In this document: piece after piece, positions 56,902 through 64,000 of the stretch
Layout of the letters: each line of letters starts with the position of its first letter
Numbering within the stretch: position 1 is the stretch's first letter
NCBI GenBank assembly: GCA_964601505.1
Contig: CAZRNR010000004.1
Span: 5,553 to 69,552 of the forward strand
DNA from: an uncultured bacterium
GTDB taxonomy: Bacteria > Calescibacteriota > Calescibacteriia > Calescibacteriales > Calescibacteriaceae
Length of the DNA stretch: 64,000 nucleotides
Direction of reading: 5' to 3'
Notes under the pieces: generated by a model
Told to the model about the DNA's origin: nothing
The model's database searches: none
Seen by the model: the letters and a program-made list of their open reading frames with translations, nothing else
Translations under genes and position numbers: made by a program

Positions 56902-57945
56902 ATGATGCCAGTAGGTAGATCGGATTTGAAGATAAGGAAAATATTTTTAGATGTACTGAGATCGGGTGGTGAATTTAATCCGCATGTTGTTCGGAAATTT
57001 GAAGATGATATTTTCAGAATTGCGAAAACATTTGGTGTGGAGCAAGAAATTTTTTACAATTTCAAAAAATATATCCGTCTTGATCTCTTCTCATTACAGT
57101 CAAAGATTTATAGGGAGAAGGTTATTGCTTATGTTGAGTTTTTGAAGAGACTTAAATCTGTAGGGAATTTTATTCTAATGAAGGGTTTGGGTGTTGCTCA
57201 AAAATATTATAAAAACATTCTCGGCAGACACGTTGGAGATATAGATATCCTTGTTCCTGAAGAGGAGAAAGTTGATTTTGTTCTTTTTTTCTCCAAGATA
57301 GGTATGAGGAGATCAAGACTTTCTGAAATAAAAAAAAAGTTCGGACATTCTGAACAGTTTTTCGCTGGAGATATATCCGTTGGGTTACATACATACCTTT
57401 GTGATAGATTCTTTGCAGAGTTGAAGTATGAGGATGTAGAAACTCAAAAAGTTTTTCTGGAGATCGGTAGAAAGTCAGTTGAGGTTCTAACACTGGATAA
57501 TCAGTGGGACTTGATAGAGCTTTCTTTACACGCTTTCCAACACGCGTTTGCTCTGAGGATACTGCTTGACATATACAAGGTTTTGTTTTCCAAACCAGAT
57601 CTCAGGAAGGTGGATAACATAGTTCGGAAATTTAATTTGGGAAATATGGTTTTAGTTTCTTCTCTTTCTTCTTTGAAGTTTTTTTCTAATGATATGGATA
57701 TGATAAAGAGAATCTGTTCTGAGTTTAGTTTTTCTTTTATAGACCTTTTATTTTCGGATTTTATATCTTCCGAATTTTTTCTTTTTGATTTTAGACAGTA
57801 TCTTTATAGTATTCCATACTTAGACAAGATTTTTTCTCTCATTATTGCTCGTAGGTTTCCTTTCAAAAAGGTGTTAAGTATTATTCCATATCTTCCGAAA
57901 GAGTTTATAAGAAGATATAAGGGTGTTTATGATACGACTATTTAG
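56902..57945 (+). CDS. uncharacterised nucleotidyltransferase family protein (NTP_transf_5-like)
   Basis: 347 aa. ILMKGLGVAQKYYKNILGRHVGDIDILVPEEE matches the family's KG...Y....R...DIDLLV core. It lies 6 nt after the MFS gene. Confidence 0.6.
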   Translation: MMPVGRSDLKIRKIFLDVLRSGGEFNPHVVRKFEDDIFRIAKTFGVEQEIFYNFKKYIRLDLFSLQSKIYREKVIAYVEFLKRLKSVGNFILMKGLGVAQKYYKNILGRHVGDIDILVPEEEKVDFVLFFSKIGMRRSRLSEIKKKFGHSEQFFAGDISVGLHTYLCDRFFAELKYEDVETQKVFLEIGRKSVEVLTLDNQWDLIELSLHAFQHAFALRILLDIYKVLFSKPDLRKVDNIVRKFNLGNMVLVSSLSSLKFFSNDMDMIKRICSEFSFSFIDLLFSDFISSEFFLFDFRQYLYSIPYLDKIFSLIIARRFPFKKVLSIIPYLPKEFIRRYKGVYDTTI

Positions 57946-58441
57946 GTATGTAAATTCTTTCCTTTTTTTGATGTTGATCTTGTTTTTCTTTGAGGGATGC
58001 ATGAAGAGAAACATATCATCTTCAGTAGGTAGTGGAATTGGTTTTCCCCCGCAGAGCGGTATTGCTAGGTTGAGACTCACTCCAGGAAACATTGATGAAA
58101 ATGTTAGGCCTGCTATAGATTTTTACGGTATATATAGGCTGGATAAAAAAGATTTTGTTCCTTCTACTGGCTTTGGTTTAATTTTTGATATCCTTGAGAT
58201 AGATGACAGAGTATTTCCAGCATTTGGTTCTTCTCTTAATCTTATATATCTTTACGATAAGGAGCAAAAGAAATGGAATGTAAATAGTGAGTTTCTTCTT
58301 GTTATTTATGCCGAGAGTGTTATATCTAAGAATTTATCTGTATTTTACGAGCTCCCGGTGAATGTTGTCAGGGCTAATATCTTCCCAAAGTTTGGTCTCA
58401 TCGTTGGAGGTGTATTTTACATAAAAAGGGAAGGGAGGTAA
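57923..58441 (+). CDS. small lipoprotein / possible outer-membrane beta-barrel protein
   Basis: 172 aa. Signal peptide with lipobox (LILFFFEGC), then alternating hydrophobic beta-strand-like segments. No family recognised. Confidence 0.45.
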   Translation: MFMIRLFRYVNSFLFLMLILFFFEGCMKRNISSSVGSGIGFPPQSGIARLRLTPGNIDENVRPAIDFYGIYRLDKKDFVPSTGFGLIFDILEIDDRVFPAFGSSLNLIYLYDKEQKKWNVNSEFLLVIYAESVISKNLSVFYELPVNVVRANIFPKFGLIVGGVFYIKREGR

Positions 58442-58445
58442 TAGG

Positions 58446-59135
58446 ATGAGACTTTATTTTTTGTTTTTTTTGTTGTTTATCTTTTATGGATGTTATAAGG
58501 TTCCTCCACCTCCGCCACCTGGAGCTTATGTTCCTCCTGAGACAAGATATCCGATTGGGCCGGGGGACTTTGTTGAGATAAGGCTTTTTCCAGATGATAT
58601 AAGTTTTTCTGGAGTTTATCAGGTAGATGATGAAGGGAGGGTAATACTTCCGCTTTTGGGGGAGGTCTATGTTGCTGGACTCACATCTGTGGTGCTACGT
58701 TTGAAGATGGAAGAACTCCTATCAAAATACATAAGGAACCCTAAAGTCGCCGTTTACATAAGAGATATGAAGAGTCAGAAGATATTCGTTTGGACAAATG
58801 AGAAAGTTGGAGTTATATTTCTTCAGAGGCCTATAAATGTCCTTGAAACTGCAATTATGGCTGGAGTTTCTCCACGCACTTCAAAGCTTTCAAGAATCTA
58901 TATACTCAGATGGGATGAAAGTAAAAAACGGAGCGATATATATTCGGTAGATCTTGAAAAGATTATAAGAGAGGGAGATTTCTCGCAGAATGTGTATCTT
59001 CACCCTGGGGACATTGTTTTTATTCCATCAAAATATACTGAATCTTTCAGAGAAGTTCTTAGTTTTTATTCATCAATTGGTTGGGGTTTGCTTTATGGAT
59101 TTTCCGGACTCCAGGTTCTTGGGATTGCTAGGTAA
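58446..59135 (+). CDS. Wza-like polysaccharide export protein (Poly_export + SLBB)
   Basis: 229 aa. YPIGPGDFVEIRLFPDDISFSGVYQVDDEGRVILPLLGEVYVAGLT, and later YLHPGDIVFIP. There is an N-terminal signal/lipobox (FIFYGC). Confidence 0.7.
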   Translation: MRLYFLFFLLFIFYGCYKVPPPPPPGAYVPPETRYPIGPGDFVEIRLFPDDISFSGVYQVDDEGRVILPLLGEVYVAGLTSVVLRLKMEELLSKYIRNPKVAVYIRDMKSQKIFVWTNEKVGVIFLQRPINVLETAIMAGVSPRTSKLSRIYILRWDESKKRSDIYSVDLEKIIREGDFSQNVYLHPGDIVFIPSKYTESFREVLSFYSSIGWGLLYGFSGLQVLGIAR

Positions 59136-59185
59136 TTTGTTTTTTTCCTGATTTAATTTTGGTTTATTACAAAATTCAATAAAAG

Positions 59186-60514
59186 GTGGAACTCTTTGGA
59201 ACGGATGGTATAAGATTTTTGACAGTTCAAGATAAAAATAAGGAACTAGTTTATTCTCCTTTTTTCATATCTCGTATTGGATATGCGGCGGCAAGAGTTT
59301 TAAAAAAAGGTAAATATATTCTTGTATGGGACACTAGAAAATCATCTCATCATATAAGTTATACTTTTTCCGCGGTCTTATCTTCTTTTGGATTTGAAAC
59401 TTTGCTCGGTGGAGTTCTCCCTACACCTTCTGTTTCTGCTCTGATAATTTCTTTAGGACTTTCTGGAGGTTTTTCTGTTTCCGCATCTCATAATCCACCC
59501 GAATTCAATGGGATAAAATTTTTTCTTGAAAATGGCCTGAAAGCAGATGAGGATACAGAGGCAAAGATAGAATCAGAGTTTTCGAAATTTTCTGAGGATA
59601 AAATTACTTGCCAGATCTCTCATATTCGCAATTTTGAAGATGTAGCTTACTCAGCTTATGTTAGCTTTATTAAGAATTTGTTTCCGAAAGGTTTTTTGAG
59701 GGGTTTAAAGATTGTTTTAGATTGTTCAAATGGTGCTACATATAAGGTTGCTCCGCATATTTTCTCTTCGTTTTTAGCAGATATTGAATTAGTTGGTTGC
59801 AATCCAGATGGAGAAAACATAAACGTTGGTGTTGGATCTGAAAATCCTAATGCAGCTTTGAGAAAGAGTGGGGATTTCAAGCTTATATTTGATGGAGATG
59901 GAGACAGGATTCTCATAGGAGATAGTAAGGGGAATCTTTATGATGGTGATCATATAATCTCTCTTCTTACAAGATTTATGAAAGATGAAGGAAAGCTAAA
60001 GGGAGCAGTTGTTGGGACTATTTTATCTAATAAGGCTTTGGAGGATTTTGTGAAAAATAAACTTGGTGCGAGATTTGAGAGAGTTAATGTCGGGGATAGA
60101 AATATAGCTTATAAGATGAGGGAGATTGGCTCTAATATAGGTGGGGAAGAATCTGGACATATTATTCTGTCTGATATAGTGCCTACAGGAGATGGGATAA
60201 TAGTTGGGCTCCAAACATTGTTTTATATTTTGAAATCCGGTAAGGATTTGAGTGATTTAGTGATAAAGAAATATTACCAAGCTAAGGGCAAGATAGATGT
60301 TCCAAAGAAAGAGGATTTGGGTTCGGAGAAATTTTCTTTTTTGCATAAGATATTTTCAGATATTGAGAGAGCGGGGGGGAGAGCTGTTGTCAGGTATTCT
60401 GGGACCGAGCCCGTTTTAAGAGTTATGGTTGAGCACGCGGATGAAAGTTTTGCAGAAAGATACAAGGATATTATAATAGGTGAGCTTTCACCTATTTTTA
60501 GGAATCAGGCTTAA
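59186..60514 (+). CDS. glmM: phosphoglucosamine mutase
   Basis: 442 aa. LFGTDGIRF, SASHNPPEFNGIKF (phosphoserine), FDGDGDR and GGEESGH blocks. GTG start. Confidence 0.9.
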   Translation: MELFGTDGIRFLTVQDKNKELVYSPFFISRIGYAAARVLKKGKYILVWDTRKSSHHISYTFSAVLSSFGFETLLGGVLPTPSVSALIISLGLSGGFSVSASHNPPEFNGIKFFLENGLKADEDTEAKIESEFSKFSEDKITCQISHIRNFEDVAYSAYVSFIKNLFPKGFLRGLKIVLDCSNGATYKVAPHIFSSFLADIELVGCNPDGENINVGVGSENPNAALRKSGDFKLIFDGDGDRILIGDSKGNLYDGDHIISLLTRFMKDEGKLKGAVVGTILSNKALEDFVKNKLGARFERVNVGDRNIAYKMREIGSNIGGEESGHIILSDIVPTGDGIIVGLQTLFYILKSGKDLSDLVIKKYYQAKGKIDVPKKEDLGSEKFSFLHKIFSDIERAGGRAVVRYSGTEPVLRVMVEHADESFAERYKDIIIGELSPIFRNQA

Positions 60515-60590
60515 TTCTGGTCGCAGGACTTTTTTAAATGCGTGGAAAATTTTGTAAGTTAGGTGTGCGAAGAAATAGGTATCTGTATTT

Positions 60591-61472
60591 TCAGATTTCC
60601 ACACCGAATATTCTTGGATGTTTATAGTCATAGAAACCTTTTCCGACTTTCCTACCAAGGTGCCCTGCCGAGACAAGCTCTCTGAGCTTGGCAGGAGCAG
60701 AGAATCTTTGATCTTTTGTTCTTTCAAATACATTGTCAGCTATTGCAAGAACTATGTCAAGTCCCATAAAATCAGCAAGTTCAAAGGGGCCCATGGGTTG
60801 TCCTAATCCAAGTTTGCATGCCTTATCTATATCTTCTGGTTTTGCTATTCCCTTCTCATACATTTCTATAGCTTCAAGTATAAATGGTATGAGTAAAGCA
60901 TTTCCTATAAACCCAGGGGTATCTCTCGCTATCACGGGTTCTTTGTCTAAGTTTTTTGCGAAATCAACTGCAAACTTTATAAATGCTTCGTCTGTTTTTA
61001 GGGATGGGATGACTTCTATGAGTTTCATTACAGGTGGGGGGTTAAAGAAGTGGAATCCTAAGAATCTTTCTGGATTTTTGAGAGCTCTGGCGATTTCAAT
61101 AACCGGTATGGAAGATGTATTTGTGAATATTGGAGTGTTCTCATTCACTACTTCTTCTACTTTTGAAAGAACATCATGTTTTATCTTTATGTCTTCATTC
61201 ACTGCTTCTATTACAAGTGAATCTGGTGAGATGTCAGATATATTTGTTGTTCCACGCATTCTTGAGATGTTGTCTTTTATTTTTTCTTCTGTTATTCTTC
61301 CTCTTTTGAGGCTTCCTTCATAGAATTTTTTAATGTGCTCAATACCTTTTTGAAGTGTTTTTTCATCTTTCTCTACTACTACGACATTGAAACCTTTGTT
61401 GAGTAGGACGATAGCTATTCCAAATCCCATTACTCCGCATCCTATAACAGCACAGTTTTTTATATCTTGCAT
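60591..61472 (-). CDS. hbd: 3-hydroxybutyryl-CoA dehydrogenase
   Basis: 293 aa. AVIGCGVMGFGIA NAD fold, plus FHFFNPPPVMKLIEV and PGFIGNALL blocks. Confidence 0.9.
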   Translation of the reverse strand: MQDIKNCAVIGCGVMGFGIAIVLLNKGFNVVVVEKDEKTLQKGIEHIKKFYEGSLKRGRITEEKIKDNISRMRGTTNISDISPDSLVIEAVNEDIKIKHDVLSKVEEVVNENTPIFTNTSSIPVIEIARALKNPERFLGFHFFNPPPVMKLIEVIPSLKTDEAFIKFAVDFAKNLDKEPVIARDTPGFIGNALLIPFILEAIEMYEKGIAKPEDIDKACKLGLGQPMGPFELADFMGLDIVLAIADNVFERTKDQRFSAPAKLRELVSAGHLGRKVGKGFYDYKHPRIFGVEI

Positions 61473-61591
61473 GTTTTTTATTTTTTCTTTATTACGCTCA
61501 ATCTTCGGTTTTTCAGGATTTATTAGGTTATTTGGATAAATTTTTTAGTGATGTAAAATAATTATTTTATTTTTGGCGAAAGTTATTTTAT

Positions 61592-62434
61592 ATGCAGGCG
61601 GATGAGTTTATTCTTTTCAAAGGTGAAGCTATAAAATTGATACAGGATGCGATATGTAAGATTGAAAGATTAGTTAATAAGTATGATGAGAAAGTTCTGT
61701 ATGATGCCTATTCAGATATTCATACTGTAAAAGGTGAGGCTGGTTTTTTTAAACTGAATGATGTTGCGGAAGTCCTACATTTTGTTGAGGAAGAAATAAA
61801 TAGATTAGCGAAAGAAGGGAAAGTTGTAGAGGAGCAAGTTGATGAGATAAAGAAGAAACTACTTTTCGTTGTTGCAAGGATAAAAAGTATAAGGAATGAA
61901 GATATAAGGAATGAGGAAGATTTTTTAGAGTATGTCAAGAATTTTTTTGATGAGTATGCAAGGTATTTGGGTAAGAATGCTAAGCTTGATTTTAAAATAG
62001 ATGCATCTGTTGGGGAAAACTTGATTTACCTTATGCACATTGTGATAGGACTTTTGAGGAATGCATTGGAACATGCTATAGAGTTCCCGGAGCAGAGGAA
62101 ACTTAAAAACAAAGATGAGGTGGGGAAGATATCTATAAGTATTTCTATGCTTCCGTCGCATAGGATAGAGTTTTATTATAGAGATGATGGTGTTGGTTTT
62201 CCTGAAGAGATAGTTTCAAAGGTCAATAGCGGAGATATAGAGTCTATAAAAGGTTTTTCATCAAGTGTTGGAAGGGTTTCTATACACTCGGGTAGGGGTA
62301 TGGGGCTATATTCAATTTATAAAATTATAACAAGTAAGTTTTGTGATGGTAAGATATTTATCAGGAGCGAGAAAGATAGAGGTTCCGAGATAAATATTAC
62401 TTTTTTATTGAAAGATAGGGAAGAGAAATGTTAG
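61592..62434 (+). CDS. CheA-like mini kinase: Hpt (P1) domain fused directly to HATPase_c (P4) domain
   Basis: 280 aa. Hpt phospho-His context DIHTVKGEAGFF. ATPase N box LLRNALEHAIE, G1 DDGVGF and G2 GRGMGL. There are no P2, dimerisation (P3) or CheW-like (P5) segments. Confidence 0.65.
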   Translation: MQADEFILFKGEAIKLIQDAICKIERLVNKYDEKVLYDAYSDIHTVKGEAGFFKLNDVAEVLHFVEEEINRLAKEGKVVEEQVDEIKKKLLFVVARIKSIRNEDIRNEEDFLEYVKNFFDEYARYLGKNAKLDFKIDASVGENLIYLMHIVIGLLRNALEHAIEFPEQRKLKNKDEVGKISISISMLPSHRIEFYYRDDGVGFPEEIVSKVNSGDIESIKGFSSSVGRVSIHSGRGMGLYSIYKIITSKFCDGKIFIRSEKDRGSEINITFLLKDREEKC

Positions 62435-62534
62435 CTCTGCTAATATTATTTTAGTAAATATTGTGAAAGATATTGAAAATTGTTCTTTTAAGGTTGAATT
62501 ATTATAATTTAATTTTGAGAGGGGACTGGAAGTT

Positions 62535-63194
62535 ATGTCCTTAAATGTGCTAGCAATAGGAGCTCATCCAGATGATGTTGAATTTGGTTGCGGAGGAACA
62601 TTAATAAAATTGTCAAGGCTTGGTGCCAAGATAACCATTTTCATCGCTACTTCTGGAGATGTTGGCGGTGAGGCCGAGGTTAGAATAAATGAATCAAAAA
62701 AGGCTGCAGAATTTCTCAAATCTAAAATTTTGTTTGGAGGTTTCAAAGATACCTATCTTTCTTATTCAAGAGAGCTTATTCAGAAAATAGAATCAGTTGT
62801 TAAAGAGGCGAATCCTCATATAATCTTTGTCAATTATTATGAGGATACTCACCAGGATCATTATGCTCTTTCAAAAGCCACGATAACTGCTACAAGATAT
62901 TCAAGAAATCTTCTTTTTTATGAGGTTCCAAGCACATCTGCAAGCTTTAAACCAGATGTTTTTACAGATGTTTCAGATGTTCTTGAGGAAAAATTGAAAC
63001 TCCTTCTTTGCCATGAATCTCAGGTTTATAAAGTAAATATTGGAAGTTTGGACATATTGCAGGTTGCTAAATCTACTGCGAACTTCAGAGGGATTCAAGC
63101 AAGGTGTGAGTACGCTGAGGGATTCTCTCCATATAGATTTCAGTTCCTTGAAATACTTGAGATAATGGGTAATGGAACTTTGAAAAGATTTTGA
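62535..63194 (+). CDS. PIG-L/LmbE-family deacetylase
   Basis: 219 aa. AIGAHPDDVEFGCGGT and HQDH blocks. Confidence 0.85.
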   Translation: MSLNVLAIGAHPDDVEFGCGGTLIKLSRLGAKITIFIATSGDVGGEAEVRINESKKAAEFLKSKILFGGFKDTYLSYSRELIQKIESVVKEANPHIIFVNYYEDTHQDHYALSKATITATRYSRNLLFYEVPSTSASFKPDVFTDVSDVLEEKLKLLLCHESQVYKVNIGSLDILQVAKSTANFRGIQARCEYAEGFSPYRFQFLEILEIMGNGTLKRF

Positions 63195-63332
63195 AACTTT
63201 TGGTTTTCATAAATAAGACGAATTTGCTCAGGAAACTTCCAATAAATATTAGGGAATTTCCAATAAATATTTTCGAGAATATAAATTAAAAAACAAGAAT
63301 ATTGAGAAATGTTCAGATAAATATTTATTAGG

Positions 63333-63764
63333 ATGTTTCAGCTGAAGGTAAAGAGACTATCGGATACAGCAAAACTTCCAGTTTATGCAACAGATGGATC
63401 TGCTGGTATGGATCTTTTTTCAGATGAGGATATTGAGTTAAAGCCAATGGAGATAAAAGCCGTTGGGACAGGTATAGCTATTGAGATTCCATATGGTTAT
63501 GAGGGACAAGTCAGGCCAAGATCTGGTTTAGCCTTGAAAGGTATAACAGTAGCTAATGCTCCTGGAACCATAGATTCTGATTACAGAGGAGAGGTTAAGG
63601 TTATACTTATTAATCTCTCTGGAAAAACTTTCAGAGTTGAAAAAGGTATGAGGATAGCTCAACTTGTTGTGAACCGTTGTGAAAGGGTTAAGATTGAGGA
63701 GGTTTCAGATCTTTCTGAAACAAGTAGAGGGAGTGGAGGATTTGGAAGCACTGGTATTAAATAA
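63333..63764 (+). CDS. dut: dUTP diphosphatase
   Basis: 143 aa. [24 protein letters not shown] and C-terminal [10 protein letters not shown] motifs. Confidence 0.95.
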   Translation: MFQLKVKRLSDTAKLPVYATDGSAGMDLFSDEDIELKPMEIKAVGTGIAIEIPYGYEGQVRPRSGLALKGITVANAPGTIDSDYRGEVKVILINLSGKTFRVEKGMRIAQLVVNRCERVKIEEVSDLSETSRGSGGFGSTGIK

Positions 63765-64000
63765 TTGAGTCATAATTAAGCAAAAGTTTATTCCTATCCT
63801 TTCTTGCTCATATTACAAATTTTTTATAAAAATCAAGCAAGAAGAATTGATAAAATTATGAACACCCTTGATAAAATAGGTTATATTCTTATAGGAGTAT
63901 TTGCTTTACAAATATTTACGGGTATTCAAAAATAGAATAAAGTGGAATATGTGAATTTCAGGAATAGAGTTTTAAATTACCAAAAAAAAAGAGAATTATG

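Noticed and set aside
60733-61323. Long antisense ORFs opposite real genes: 60733-61323 opposite hbd, 17433-17912 opposite pdxA, 39620-40123 opposite bioA, 26718-27146 opposite atpE, 32623-33009 opposite argC, 42601-43008, and 24400-24681.
   Set aside because: All lie fully inside confidently identified genes on the other strand. Their Ser/Leu/Phe/Ile-rich low-complexity translations are typical of the mirror frame of a codon-biased gene. None has an SD or recognisable motifs.
1-64000. Search for tRNA, rRNA, CRISPR arrays, transposases, integrases, phage genes and toxin-antitoxin or known defence systems.
   Set aside because: I saw no T-loop GTTCGAATC-type signatures or cloverleaf candidates and no regularly spaced direct repeats. 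No ORF has transposase, recombinase, phage or defence hallmark motifs. The window reads as core chromosome around oriC.

Overview
AT-rich bacterial chromosomal segment that spans the replication origin. I call about 58 protein-coding genes. Nearly all are housekeeping: serS, rpsN-rpsH, glnD, nadB, korAB, atpE, folE, purB, argC, a trpB-like gene, dnaN, bioAF, truA, dnaA, surE, ndk, glmM, hbd and dut. There are also flagellar filament genes (flaG, fliS, fliD) and envelope genes typical of a diderm (SurA-like, heptose-7-P kinase, Wza-like exporter). I recognised no rRNA, tRNA, CRISPR array, transposase, integrase or known defence system. No obvious multi-gene novel system is visible, so the signals worth following are mostly non-coding or architectural. 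(1) oriC at about 48.5-48.8 kb has six helically phased DnaA boxes abutting the dnaA stop codon, plus a strand-composition switch. (2) DnaA (350 aa) lacks domains I-II, and dnaN is unlinked, 10 kb away on the other strand. (3) A 14-bp CACGTG-centred dyad occurs five times within 7.4 kb around dnaN-bioAF-truA. Two copies form exact inverted repeats bracketing a 464-bp non-coding spacer. The half-sites equal the DnaA-box cores used in oriC. (4) A ~90-bp imperfect-palindromic element is present twice, each copy just upstream of a lipid-metabolism-type gene. (5) Unusual gene architectures include a PurB-PurS fusion, an orphan signal-peptide-bearing ATP synthase c subunit with a Na+-binding signature, an Hpt+HATPase mini-CheA, RidA-DUF309, and an orphan rpsN-rpsH pair. 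(6) Two decaying genes are present: a phytoene-desaturase-family gene with a frameshift plus an in-frame TGA, and a lipoprotein with an in-frame TAG in its signal peptide. All functional calls rest on motif recognition by eye, since no database search was possible.
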